Shown piece after piece: positions 35,701-44,014 of a DNA stretch of 64,000 nucleotides. Each line of letters opens with the position of its first letter. Within the stretch, counting starts at the first letter, position 1. A program made the position numbers and the translations under genes. A model generated the notes under the pieces. It was given only the letters and a program-made list of their open reading frames with translations. It searched no databases and had not been told where the DNA came from. The DNA lies in contig RFFS01000015.1 in NCBI GenBank assembly GCA_003696775.1, positions 10,386 to 74,385 of the forward strand. The letters are read 5' to 3'. The stretch comes from Calditrichota bacterium. GTDB lineage: Bacteria > Calditrichota > Calditrichia > Calditrichales > J004.

Positions 35701-36208
35701 CGCTAAAACATTACCGGATTATATGATTCCCTCCGCTTTTGTCTATCTCGACGCCATGCCGCTGACGCCCAATGGCAAGATCGACCGTCGCGCTCTGCCT
35801 GTCCCGGAACAGGATCGTTCCAACCTGCGGCAGGAATATGTGGCGCCACGAAATGAAACGGAAGAACAACTGGCCGGGGTGGTACGGGAATTGTTGCATA
35901 TTGAAAAAGTGGGTATCCACGACAGTTTTTTTGAATTGGGCGGCCATTCCCTGCTGGCCACGCAGTTTGTTTCCCGACTGCGTGACCTCTTTAAGGTGGA
36001 TATTCCCTTGCGCGTTCTTTTTGAGAAACCGACCGTGGCCGGAATCGCCGAAGCCCTGGCCGGCCCCGATGTCCGTCGAATTGACGCGGACGAACCGGCT
36101 CTGGAAGCCGTGGAAACGGACAACGCCTTGCTGGAGGCATTGGATGATCTGAGTGACGAAGAATGGGATGCTTTATTAGACGAGGATGATGAATTAAGCG
36201 ATGACTAA
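29738..36208 (+). CDS. NRPS, two modules (2156 aa): DCL-A(Ser)-T-LCL-A(Phe)-T
   Basis: ORF-track ORF. N-terminal YPLSPMQEGMLFH plus HHIILDGWS (DCL-type C, consistent with the upstream E domain), YTSGSTGAPKGT, FFDLGGHSI, VSLPQQRLWFIDQ, HHIISDGWS, YTSGSTGKPKGT, FFELGGHSL, acidic tail DDLSDEEWDALLDEDDELSDD. Confidence 0.93.
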   Translation: MNAKKSQKKNIEAIYPLSPMQEGMLFHSLLEPQSGTYTEQLYFDINGNLDIELFKKAVGDLIKRHTILRTSFIYKKSAKQLQAVFKDVPLPLHISDWQEKDASGMDRAFQELLEEDRTRGYDLSKAPLLRIYLIRIGAEKWRLLWSNHHIILDGWSTPILLQELFILYESAFRGHPVTLPPARPFKEYIMWLNRQNPEKAMTHWRSLLADIQAPTPFNIDKLPFRDQNTPAYAKAEIQLDNVLTQRLKELARQNGITPNTLMQGAWSLLLHHYSRENKVVFGVTVSGRPAEIPEVERMVGLFINTLPLCVETRPSAETDDWLRDIQKQAVAMRDFEYSPLADVQRQSGIKGHAPLFESILVFENYPVEEEMAKQKRTVSFSGFGGYEQTNFPLTLLVGIRDNWVIEASYQTQRFSADLINRMLAHLKNLLISFAQNITAPLAAHSCLSGEEYNTLLARSVGPAKSYDPNAYIIPAFENTAQRLPDHPALIFENQSIPYATFHTAVNNLAKNLTDAGVRPEDRVAVFMERSPEMVTALYAVMKCGAVYVPVDPTNPAERIRYMLNDCQSKLLLTQDKWQDHPVLNDHKSLLVDFDSLSATAGTGAPSVPLFGQQAAYMIYTSGSTGAPKGTLVSHQAIRNRLKWMQETFSLTTEDKVLQKTPYTFDVSVWEFFWPLTNGATLVIARPEGHKDPEYLIHVIRETGVTTLHFVPPMLQVFLESPHVGQCTSLKRVICSGEALPYALKERFYKLLPESRLHNLYGPTEAAVDVTHYACPEESPYALLPIGKAIANTSIYILDHRLHPVPDGVPGELFIGGIQVGRGYFNRPGLTAEKFIPDPFSFQSGARMYRTGDLVRKLPDGEIDYIGRMDFQLKIRGFRIELGEIEHQLTRFESIREAVVLAVEPHPGNKQLAAYFIPTSAESVPGPDALKSFLSKHLPDYMIPTYFIPMDAFPLTPNGKIDRRALPRPKAPESNESHVAPANATEATLAVIWSALLNRENVSCDAAFFDLGGHSILAIKMIARIRDAFEVELPINELFNAPTIRELALKIEELRRRGDAQVIPPINKGDYDDEVPVSLPQQRLWFIDQFSEGNAIYNIPYVLRIRGALDTERLEHSIRNVIARHESLRTRFINKDGVPYQKISPDIPFDLKINDVSADTEAQIKQRIASIVNHAFNLETGPLFKIELLREDATSHILAAVMHHIISDGWSMNIMVREVLHFYQTQDYATAQSLPLPSLEIQYADFALWQRAWLQGDVLDKQIQYWKETLGYNPPVLELPADKPRPAVQTFNGAEYIFELPRNLASQVHALGKKEGLTHFVILLAAFQTLLHRYSGQQRILVGSPVAGRHHQATQNLIGFFVNTLVLKADFEPALTFRALTRQVRETLLDAFAHQDIPFEQLVESLQVERDLAHPPLFQVAFIPQDTPDDIPEIAGLSFEAYKSENVVAKVDLSAYVTETSDSFLFRMEYNRDLFHEATIRRMCQHYMYLMEQFLTDPKTSVSHASLLTSEEENQLRLWNALSADFDATLCVHQQFERVATTQPGAVALRHMGQEMTYGTLNARANQLACLLREHDVTADDIIGICMDRSFEMITAMLAILKAGAAYLPLDPAYPAERLRYMLADSGARLVITDRLTHSMISALVEDLSDTTTVLPIHRAAARLETLSTENSPTTVTPLNLAYVIYTSGSTGKPKGTLLPHIGLLNLANEQRKAFDITNQSRIFQFASLGFDAATWETVMALLNGAALHLTQREVTASGDQLADALRNERVTTITLPPSVLAVLPETELPELQTIITAGEKCPAELVKKWQPGRRFVNAYGPTETTVCASIYSARADEDRDPPIGSNLANFRLYILDASGMPVPVGVPGELCIGGIGLARGYLNRPDLTAEKFIPDAFSGKAGERLYRTGDRVKRLPDGNIEFLGRIDFQVKLRGFRIELGEIEAALLTTARAQDALVMLREDNPGDPRLVAYLVADTPMEIARLRETLAKTLPDYMIPSAFVYLDAMPLTPNGKIDRRALPVPEQDRSNLRQEYVAPRNETEEQLAGVVRELLHIEKVGIHDSFFELGGHSLLATQFVSRLRDLFKVDIPLRVLFEKPTVAGIAEALAGPDVRRIDADEPALEAVETDNALLEALDDLSDEEWDALLDEDDELSDD
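29770..31060 (+). other. DCL-type condensation domain
   Basis: IYPLSPMQEGMLFH, HHIILDGWS (HH at about 30178). Follows the E domain of the previous protein. Confidence 0.75.
31222..32634 (+). other. Adenylation domain, Ser code DVWHISLVDK
   Basis: YTFDVSVWE, LHFVPP, VICSGE, NLYGPTEAAVD. Confidence 0.7.
34400..35800 (+). other. Adenylation domain, Phe code DAWTIAAVCK
   Basis: FDAATWE (D,A,W), ITLPPS (T), IITAGE (I,A), NAYGPTETTVC (A,V,C). Identical to the consensus Phe code. Confidence 0.7.
36201..36208 (+). promoter_or_regulatory. 8-nt start/stop overlap (ATGACTAA), probable translational coupling
   Basis: ...agc gat gac TAA of the upstream gene overlaps ATG act aag of the downstream gene. 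Confidence 0.5.
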
Positions 36209-39200
36209 GAAGAATCTGACTGAAGCACAAAAAAAAGCACTGGCCGCGCGGCTAAAAGAGAAAAAAGCCCTAAAAGTTTATCCGCTTTCGTTCGCGCAGG
36301 AACGCATGTGGTTTTTACATGCCCTCGATCCGGAAAGCCCGGTTTATAATTTACCCTTTGCCGTACGCATACACGGCACATTAAACCCGGAAAAATTCCG
36401 GGCCGCCATTGAAAAAATCATAAAACGCCATGACATACTGCGCACCGTATTCCGCAATGTTAAAGAGGAAGTCCGGCAAATTGTCGGCCCGGCGTCCCGT
36501 GTAAAAATCACCTTTCTTGACAGTACCAACCAGGATGCGCAAACCCTTATCCGTACCCGTGCCGCCGAGACGTTCGATCTGGAAAAAGGACCGCTGGGCA
36601 GCATCACTCTGGTACGGGAAAAAGAGAATCAATATCTGATGATCATGGTCATGCACCATATCATTTCGGATGGTTGGTCCATGTCTGTCCTGTTCCGTGA
36701 ATTCGCCCTGCTTTACGAAACGGATAACCCCGCACTGCCTCCCCTTAAAATTCAATACGGTGATTTTGCCCAATGGCAGCGTAAATGGTTACAGGGTGAA
36801 CGCCTTCAACAGCAACTTAACTTTTGGAAAAATCAACTGACCGCTCATCCGCCGGTGTTGGAACTTATGGGCGATAAGCCGCGCCCCCGGCAATTGTCGG
36901 CAAACGGCGCGCAATGTTACACAACGCTGGACGCCCGGACCTGGCAGGCTCTTAAACAATTGGCCGCGCGTTATGAGCTGACGGATTTTATGCTGCTACT
37001 GGGCCTTTTTTATCACCTGTTGCACCATTACACCCGCCAGGATGACATCTGTATCGGTACGCCCGTGGCCAACCGCAACCGCGCGGAAACAGAACCGTTG
37101 ATCGGTTTTTTTGTCAACACCCTTGTGCTGCGCACGGCCTTTGAGGCCAACGATTCAACGGAGACCTTTTTCCAACGTGTCAGGCAAACCGCTCTCGATG
37201 CATACGCCCATCAGGACATTCCTTTTGAAATGCTGGTTCAGGCCCTGCAACCGTCACGGGATATGAGCCATTCACCCCTTTTTCAGGCGTTCTTCACGCA
37301 TACACCGCATAGCGATGCCCTGCCTGCCCTGGGTAATCTAAAATTCGAACCGGTCGGGATGAAGGTGGAAACCGCCAAATTTGAACTTTCCCTGTTTACA
37401 CAGGAAACCGACGACGGTTTAAATATCACATTTGAGTATAATACGGACCTTTACAGCGCTGTTTTCATGGAACGGCTTAGCGGTCATTTTACGCACCTGG
37501 CCCGGCAATGGGCCTTTGACGATATCCGGCGAATTGATCAGACCGTGTTGTTACGAGATGCGGAGCGACATCAGATAATCGGGACATTTAACCGCACCGA
37601 ACGGGACTATCCTCCCGCGCGACCGCTAACGGCCCCGTTTTTGGATCGCTGCGCGGAACATCCCGACGCGCCGGCGCTGATGTATGAGCAAGAGGTCATC
37701 AGCTATGAATCAATGCGTCAACAGGTCTTATCTCTGGCCGGTGTATTACAGGCACGGGGTATCCGTCCCGGCGATTTTGTAGGACTTTGCGTGGAACGGT
37801 CGCCGGAGTTGGTGATGGCCATGTACGCCATCAGCCTGTGCGGGGCGGCCTATGTACCGATGGACCCCGATTATCCCGAAGACCGCTTACGCTATATGGT
37901 GGAAGACAGCGGCGCGCCCGTGGTCTGTGTCTCCGCCCAAACGGAGGGCTTTGCAGTCCTGCAACACACCACCAAAATCCGCGTGGATCAAAAAGACGAC
38001 AGCATCCGCCCATTTGAAAAGCCCGACACGGATGTGGACGGACCGGCCTATATGATTTACACCTCAGGCTCTACGGGTAAACCCAAAGGCGTTGTCATCA
38101 GTCACCGTGCCATCTGGAACCGGTTGCAATGGATGCAGGAAGCCTTTACCCTGACAACCGAAGACCGTATCCTGCAAAAAACACCTTACAGTTTTGATGT
38201 TTCCGTATGGGAATTTTTCTGGCCCTTGCAGCAAGGCGCGGCGTTGGTTATCGCCCGTCCCGGCGGACATAAGGAACCGTTATATCTTGAAGAATTGATC
38301 CGTGAGGCGCGGATTACCACCATCCACTTTGTGCCGTCCATGTTGCAGGCCTTTCTTAATTTGGCCGATATCGGGGCCTGTTCATCTTTAAAACGTGTGA
38401 TCTGCTCCGGAGAGGCCTTATCGCGAGAGCTGGTACAACAGTTCCATAATCAAAAACCGTCCGCTACCTTACACAATCTGTACGGCCCCACAGAGGCCGC
38501 GGTGGATGTCACCTGGTGGCCCTGTTCCGCGGATGACGCCCACGCCTCCACGCCTATCGGCTACCCCATCGCCAACACGCGCATTTATATCATGGACGCG
38601 GCCATGCGTTTGCTCCCCCCGGGCGTGGCCGGTGAATTGGTTATAGCCGGCGTGCAGGTTGCAAACGGTTATCATAACCGGCCGGAACTGACCGCGGAAA
38701 AATTCATCCCCGATCCCTTTGACAAACGAACGGGCGCCACCATGTATCGAACAGGCGATCTGGCCCGTTTTATGCCCGACGGCGCCATTGAATTTTTGGG
38801 CCGCATCGATCATCAGGTAAAACTGCGTGGCCTGCGCATAGAGTTGGGCGAAATCGAAAACGCCCTGAAAGCCCTGGATGTGGTGCGGGATGCCGTGGTT
38901 TTGGTCAAAGACTTTAACGCCGGTGATCAACGACTCGTGGCCTATATTCAAAGCCCGGAGAAACCCGACACGACGGTTCTGCAAAAAGCGCTTTCTCAAA
39001 CCCTGCCCGACTACATGGTACCCGCCCTTTATGTATATGTGACGGCCATTCCGGTAACGCCCAGCGGCAAAGTAGATCGTCGCGCCTTACTGGCCCTGGA
39101 ATTGGAAACGCGCCATGACGCCGCCTATGAGGCCCCACGGGGTGAAACGGAAGAAACCATCGCCGCGATATTCCGTGAACTGCTTGGCGTGGAACGCGTG

Positions 39201-42200
39201 AGCGCCACGGACAGTTTTTTCGATCTAGGAGGGCATTCCCTGCTGGCCACGCGGCTTATCCGCCGTTTACAACAGGAAACGGGCAAAGCCTATTCCTTAA
39301 AATCCATTTTTGAAGCGCCCACACCGCGACTCCTGGCCCGAATGGAATTAAGCGCCGATGCATCACCTGAACTTCCGGTTGTGGATCGTAACATTGAACA
39401 GCCCCTTTCTTTTTCACAGCAGCGTATTTGGTTTCTGGAGCAATTGGAACCGGGAAGCCCCTTTTATAATATTCCCATGGCTTATAAACTGAATGGCCCC
39501 GTTGATACCGGCACACTGGAAAAGGCCTTTCAATTTTTAATTGCGCGGCACGCATCATTAAGAACGGCTATTTTGACCTGTGAAGGCAAAGGGTTTCAAA
39601 AAATTATCGAAGAAGTCCCGTTTGAATTGGAAATCCGTGATATGCAGGCTCAGGAGCCGAATGAACAAAGGCAAAATATAACAGATGCCCTGCGTAAACT
39701 GGCCCGGCACACGTTTAAATTAGACCGGCCGCCTTTGTTTAAAGTTTTACTCATCCAGACCGCTCCGGATGCTTGTGTGTTGCTATCCGTTATCCACCAC
39801 ATCATTTCGGACCAATGGTCCAATCAGATTATTTTGAATGAGTTGCTCACCGTTTATGAAGCGCTTTTGAACAACAAGAAACCTCTCTTACCCGTGCTTA
39901 CCCATCAATTTGTGGATTTCGCGGCATGGCAGCGAACCATGTTGGAAAATGGTGCCATCGAGCGTCAGAAAAACTATTGGAGCCGGGCCTTGAACGGCTT
40001 GCCGGGTTTGTTGGAATTACCGACGGACAAACCGCGACCCGCCAATCAAACTTTTAACGGTACCATTCATACATTTCAAATCGATGTGGATTTAAGCAGG
40101 CGTTTAAAGGCACAAAGCAAACAATTCGGCATGACCGAATTCATGCTTTTATTGGGATATTTCGGCATATTACTGCAAAAACTCAGCAATCAGGATGATT
40201 TCGCGGTCGGTATTCCCGTTGCCAACCGAACCCTGCCGGAAACCCAATCCATCGTCGGCTTTTTCGTGAACACACTTGTGATTCGCCTGAATCCGGATGC
40301 CGGTCGGAAGCTATCCCACTATCTCAATCATGTGCGTCAAAATGTAACCGAAGCGCTTGATCATCAGGATATCCCTTTTGAGAAACTGGTGGATGACCTG
40401 CACCCTCAGCGTGATATGAGCCATTCGCCTCTGTTCCAGGTGATGTTTGTGTTTCATGAACAATCGGAGATAACCCAAACCGAATACACGAATTGGCGGG
40501 TGGAAGCGCTCAACGAGCATAATGGCACCGCCAAGTTTGATCTGACACTTTTCCTAAGCGATACGCCGGAGGGCTATCAGGGCATCTTTGAATATAATAC
40601 CGATTTGTTTGAACAGGAAACCATCCGTAAATGGTCTGAATACTTTGTTGACCTGTTGAAGCAAATAACCGGGCACACGGACGAGGTATTGGGCCGTCTG
40701 AATCTTATCAATACGTCGGATAAACGTTTCTTAAAGGAACATTTACAACCGGCTTTCGCTCCACAAATCTTTACGGATATGTTTCCGCGTGTTTTACGTG
40801 ATACCGCCCTGCGCCAACCCGACAAACCCGCTGTTATCTTTAAAAACAACAGCTTAACTTTTAAGGCTTTGGAAGAGCAAAGCAATCAACTGGCGCATCT
40901 GTTTAAACAATCCGGAATCCAAACGGAACAACGGATCGCCATTGCCTTACCCCGTGGCATCGAACAGATTATCACTTTAATGGGTGTGTTAAAATCCGGC
41001 GCGGCCTGGCTGCCTATCGACACAAGCTATCCGGAAAACCGCATCCGTTATATTTTGGAAGATGCCGGGGCGTCGCTCATCATTACCGACCAGGAACACC
41101 AGGCGCGGCTCGCCGAAACCCTCATCCCGATCCGTACCGTTGAAAATCTGTTCGATTCCATGCGGACATTGCCCCCCACACCACCGGAGGCACCCGATCC
41201 CGATCAATTGGCCTATATGATCTATACTTCCGGTTCAACCGGGACACCCAAAGGCACTCTGCTCACGCATCAGGGACTGATGCATTACATCAATTGGTGC
41301 GCCGCGGCCTATCCGATGGATGCGGGACAAGGCGCGGTAGTCCATGCTACCATTGCCTTTGACGCCACCATTACATCCATTTTCGCGCCGCTTGCGGCGG
41401 GACAATCGTTAACGCTTGTTCCGGAAAGTGATGACCTGGGCATACTCACCGATTTGTTAACTCAGACTGATGAACCGTTTAGCATAATCAAAATCACACC
41501 GGCGCATCTCGATGTGATCCGGCAGCAAATCGATGCCGGACAAGCGGTCCGTATTACACGTTCTTTTGTCATCGGTGGTGAAAATCTTACTTCGGATCAA
41601 ATCCGTTTTTGGCAGGAACATGCGCCGGCCACACGCTTATTCAATGAATACGGCCCCACGGAAACAGTGGTCGGATGTGTGGTTTTTGACGCCACCGGCT
41701 GGGCGGGAGAAGGTTCCGTTCCCATAGGCCGGCCGATCAACGGAACGCCGGTTTATGTTTTGGATGAGTATTACAATCCCGTGCCGCCCGGTGTAAGCGG
41801 AGAATTATATATCGGCGGACCGGCGCTGGCTCGTGGTTATCACAATCGTCCGCATGTGACCGCTGAACGTTTTTTACCCGATCCGTTCACCACCACACCC
41901 GGTGCCCGCATGTACCGTTCCGGAGATAAAGTGCGTCTGTTAAAAGACGGCACCCTGCTATTTCTTGGACGGATGGACCAACAGGTAAAAATCCGCGGTT
42001 ATCGAATCGAACCAGGCGAGATCGAAGCGGTATTGAATCAACATCCGGAAATCGAACAATGCGTGGTGATCGCCAAAGGGCAACCCGCGCGGCTTGTGGC
42101 ATATTATAAAACAGATCATGACAAAGCCGTTCCCATCGCGGATTTACGCCGTTTTTTAGGACAATCATTACCCGATTATATGATTCCTGCTGTGTTTATC

Positions 42201-43976
42201 CACTTACCGGCCATACCCTTGACGCCCAATGGCAAAGTGGATATAAAAGCGCTGCCGGAGCCTTCCGCGGAACGCGGTGCCGTAAGCACGGAATATGTCG
42301 CGCCCTCCACGGAACGTGAAAAGATTTTGGCCGATATCGTTGCCGATTTATTAAAAAAAGAACAAGTCGGCGTCCACGACAACTTCTTCGAACTGGGCGG
42401 CGATTCGATCATGAGCATACAGGTTATCTCACGGGCCCGGGACAAAGGTTTGTTTATCACGCCTTTGCAAATGTTTCAGAACCAAACTATTGCCGAACTG
42501 GCACAGGTGGCCCGCGAAGAACAAAAAGCGGAAACGGAACAAGGCGTGCTCGAAGGCCCCGTTCCCCTTACGCCCATCCAACACTTTTTCTTTGAACAGG
42601 ATTTTGTTGACGCTCACCATTGGAATCAGTCGGTGTTGTTTAAAACAGCCCAACCAATGGATGAAACCGCCCTGCGGAACGCGGTGGACGCTCTTTTGCG
42701 ACAGCATGACGCGCTTCGGCTGCGCTTCAAACATACGGATCAGGGGGTTGAAGCGGTGTATGACGCCGATCCCGCTGCCGATACGGTTTTTACGGTCGAG
42801 GATATTAAAGCGCAGGATGTGCCAACCCATCGTGAACAGTTGACCGCCGCATGCACCCGACTGCAGGGAAGTCTGAACCTGCTTAACGGGCCTTTGGTGC
42901 GCGTGGCCTGGCTCCGTTCCGACTTTGGCGATCATCTGTTGATCGTGATCCATCACCTGGCCGTGGACGGGGTCAGTTGGCGTATTCTGCTGGATGATTT
43001 CATAACGGCTTACGCCCAGGCACGGACGGGAGGCACGGTTCATTTTCCGCCCAAGGGCAGTTCCTATCGTCAATGGGCTCATATATTGATGCATTTCGCC
43101 GAAAAAGAAGCCCGGGACGTCCTAGCCTTTTGGCGGAAAACGGTTGCCACCGCAACGGAATTCCCCGTGGATTTTCCCGGGGGAACCAATGCGGAGAGCG
43201 AGGCCGAGACCGTTACCATGACCCTGGATGAGGCCACCACGCACCTGCTGCTTAGCGATGCCCATAAAGCATACAATACGGAAATCAACGATCTGTTGCT
43301 GACTGCATTGATGCGCGGCTACAACCGATGGAGCGGTAAACGCCGGCTCATGGTTCACATGGAAGGACATGGCCGCGAAGCGATTCATCCCCTGATGGAT
43401 ATTTCCCGCACAACAGGCTGGTTTACAGCCTTATGGCCGCTGACCCTGGATCTGGGTCGCGCCGTGGATATGGGGGATCATATCAAAGAAATTAAGGAAC
43501 AGATTCATGCGGTTCCGCACAATGGGTTAAGCTACGGTGTGTTACGTTATCTCGCTTCGGACAAAAGCATCCGGGAGAGCCTGAAAGCCGCCGATAACCC
43601 GACGGTTATCTTCAATTATCTCGGTCGTTTTGACGATGGTAACACGGAGGGGCCTTTTCTGCCTGCCGACGCCACGCAGGGCCCGGATCACAGTCCGCGG
43701 GCGCGACGCCTGGCGCAGGTGGAAATCAACGGCAGCATCACCGGCGGCCTTCTGCGGTTCACGTTCGGTTACAGTCGCGCCCGGTATAAGCAGGCATCTA
43801 TTCAAGCCTGGGCCGTCGCCTTTGCCGATGAACTGAAAGCGGTGGTCAAACATTGCCAAAATCCGCAACAAACCGTTAAAACCGCTTCCGATTTCAAAAT
43901 GGCCGGGTTAGATAATAAAAAACTGGACAAAGTGTTAAGTCAACTGGGAAAAAAGAAAAAGGGACGCCGTCGCTGA
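36201..43976 (+). CDS. NRPS, two modules (2591 aa): C-A(Ser)-T-C-A(Asn)-T-E
   Basis: ORF-track ORF whose start overlaps the upstream stop by 8 nt. YPLSFAQERMWFL, HHIISDGWS, YTSGSTGKPKGV, FFDLGGHSL, LSFSQQRIWFLEQ, HHIISDQWS, YTSGSTGTPKGT, FFELGGDSI, HHLAVDGVSWRILLDDF (E). Confidence 0.93.
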   Translation: MTKKNLTEAQKKALAARLKEKKALKVYPLSFAQERMWFLHALDPESPVYNLPFAVRIHGTLNPEKFRAAIEKIIKRHDILRTVFRNVKEEVRQIVGPASRVKITFLDSTNQDAQTLIRTRAAETFDLEKGPLGSITLVREKENQYLMIMVMHHIISDGWSMSVLFREFALLYETDNPALPPLKIQYGDFAQWQRKWLQGERLQQQLNFWKNQLTAHPPVLELMGDKPRPRQLSANGAQCYTTLDARTWQALKQLAARYELTDFMLLLGLFYHLLHHYTRQDDICIGTPVANRNRAETEPLIGFFVNTLVLRTAFEANDSTETFFQRVRQTALDAYAHQDIPFEMLVQALQPSRDMSHSPLFQAFFTHTPHSDALPALGNLKFEPVGMKVETAKFELSLFTQETDDGLNITFEYNTDLYSAVFMERLSGHFTHLARQWAFDDIRRIDQTVLLRDAERHQIIGTFNRTERDYPPARPLTAPFLDRCAEHPDAPALMYEQEVISYESMRQQVLSLAGVLQARGIRPGDFVGLCVERSPELVMAMYAISLCGAAYVPMDPDYPEDRLRYMVEDSGAPVVCVSAQTEGFAVLQHTTKIRVDQKDDSIRPFEKPDTDVDGPAYMIYTSGSTGKPKGVVISHRAIWNRLQWMQEAFTLTTEDRILQKTPYSFDVSVWEFFWPLQQGAALVIARPGGHKEPLYLEELIREARITTIHFVPSMLQAFLNLADIGACSSLKRVICSGEALSRELVQQFHNQKPSATLHNLYGPTEAAVDVTWWPCSADDAHASTPIGYPIANTRIYIMDAAMRLLPPGVAGELVIAGVQVANGYHNRPELTAEKFIPDPFDKRTGATMYRTGDLARFMPDGAIEFLGRIDHQVKLRGLRIELGEIENALKALDVVRDAVVLVKDFNAGDQRLVAYIQSPEKPDTTVLQKALSQTLPDYMVPALYVYVTAIPVTPSGKVDRRALLALELETRHDAAYEAPRGETEETIAAIFRELLGVERVSATDSFFDLGGHSLLATRLIRRLQQETGKAYSLKSIFEAPTPRLLARMELSADASPELPVVDRNIEQPLSFSQQRIWFLEQLEPGSPFYNIPMAYKLNGPVDTGTLEKAFQFLIARHASLRTAILTCEGKGFQKIIEEVPFELEIRDMQAQEPNEQRQNITDALRKLARHTFKLDRPPLFKVLLIQTAPDACVLLSVIHHIISDQWSNQIILNELLTVYEALLNNKKPLLPVLTHQFVDFAAWQRTMLENGAIERQKNYWSRALNGLPGLLELPTDKPRPANQTFNGTIHTFQIDVDLSRRLKAQSKQFGMTEFMLLLGYFGILLQKLSNQDDFAVGIPVANRTLPETQSIVGFFVNTLVIRLNPDAGRKLSHYLNHVRQNVTEALDHQDIPFEKLVDDLHPQRDMSHSPLFQVMFVFHEQSEITQTEYTNWRVEALNEHNGTAKFDLTLFLSDTPEGYQGIFEYNTDLFEQETIRKWSEYFVDLLKQITGHTDEVLGRLNLINTSDKRFLKEHLQPAFAPQIFTDMFPRVLRDTALRQPDKPAVIFKNNSLTFKALEEQSNQLAHLFKQSGIQTEQRIAIALPRGIEQIITLMGVLKSGAAWLPIDTSYPENRIRYILEDAGASLIITDQEHQARLAETLIPIRTVENLFDSMRTLPPTPPEAPDPDQLAYMIYTSGSTGTPKGTLLTHQGLMHYINWCAAAYPMDAGQGAVVHATIAFDATITSIFAPLAAGQSLTLVPESDDLGILTDLLTQTDEPFSIIKITPAHLDVIRQQIDAGQAVRITRSFVIGGENLTSDQIRFWQEHAPATRLFNEYGPTETVVGCVVFDATGWAGEGSVPIGRPINGTPVYVLDEYYNPVPPGVSGELYIGGPALARGYHNRPHVTAERFLPDPFTTTPGARMYRSGDKVRLLKDGTLLFLGRMDQQVKIRGYRIEPGEIEAVLNQHPEIEQCVVIAKGQPARLVAYYKTDHDKAVPIADLRRFLGQSLPDYMIPAVFIHLPAIPLTPNGKVDIKALPEPSAERGAVSTEYVAPSTEREKILADIVADLLKKEQVGVHDNFFELGGDSIMSIQVISRARDKGLFITPLQMFQNQTIAELAQVAREEQKAETEQGVLEGPVPLTPIQHFFFEQDFVDAHHWNQSVLFKTAQPMDETALRNAVDALLRQHDALRLRFKHTDQGVEAVYDADPAADTVFTVEDIKAQDVPTHREQLTAACTRLQGSLNLLNGPLVRVAWLRSDFGDHLLIVIHHLAVDGVSWRILLDDFITAYAQARTGGTVHFPPKGSSYRQWAHILMHFAEKEARDVLAFWRKTVATATEFPVDFPGGTNAESEAETVTMTLDEATTHLLLSDAHKAYNTEINDLLLTALMRGYNRWSGKRRLMVHMEGHGREAIHPLMDISRTTGWFTALWPLTLDLGRAVDMGDHIKEIKEQIHAVPHNGLSYGVLRYLASDKSIRESLKAADNPTVIFNYLGRFDDGNTEGPFLPADATQGPDHSPRARRLAQVEINGSITGGLLRFTFGYSRARYKQASIQAWAVAFADELKAVVKHCQNPQQTVKTASDFKMAGLDNKKLDKVLSQLGKKKKGRRR
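37698..39092 (+). other. Adenylation domain, Ser code DVWHISLVDK
   Basis: FDVSVWE, IHFVPS, VICSGE, NLYGPTEAAVD. Confidence 0.7.
40854..42257 (+). other. Adenylation domain, Asn code DATKVGEVGK
   Basis: FDATITS (D,A,T), IKITPA (K), FVIGGE (V,G), NEYGPTETVVG (E,V,G). Compare Stachelhaus Asn DATKLGEVGK. Confidence 0.7.
42545..43900 (+). other. Epimerisation domain (predicts D-Asn)
   Basis: Preceded by T with GGDSI. HHWNQSVLF, HHLAVDGVSWRILLDDF (HH at about 42951), MEGHGRE, TTGWFTALWP. Confidence 0.85.
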
Positions 43977-44014
43977 CCCTTTACATACGTTTTATTTGAG
44001 GATTGCAACCGTAT

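Noticed and set aside
44003-44014. TTG start of the 44003..50392 ORF
   Set aside because: GAGGA at 43997..44001 is only 1 nt from TTG 44003 but 13 nt from ATG 44015. The DCL C1 motif (YPLSPMQ) starts a few codons after ATG 44015, as in the paralogous gene at 29738.
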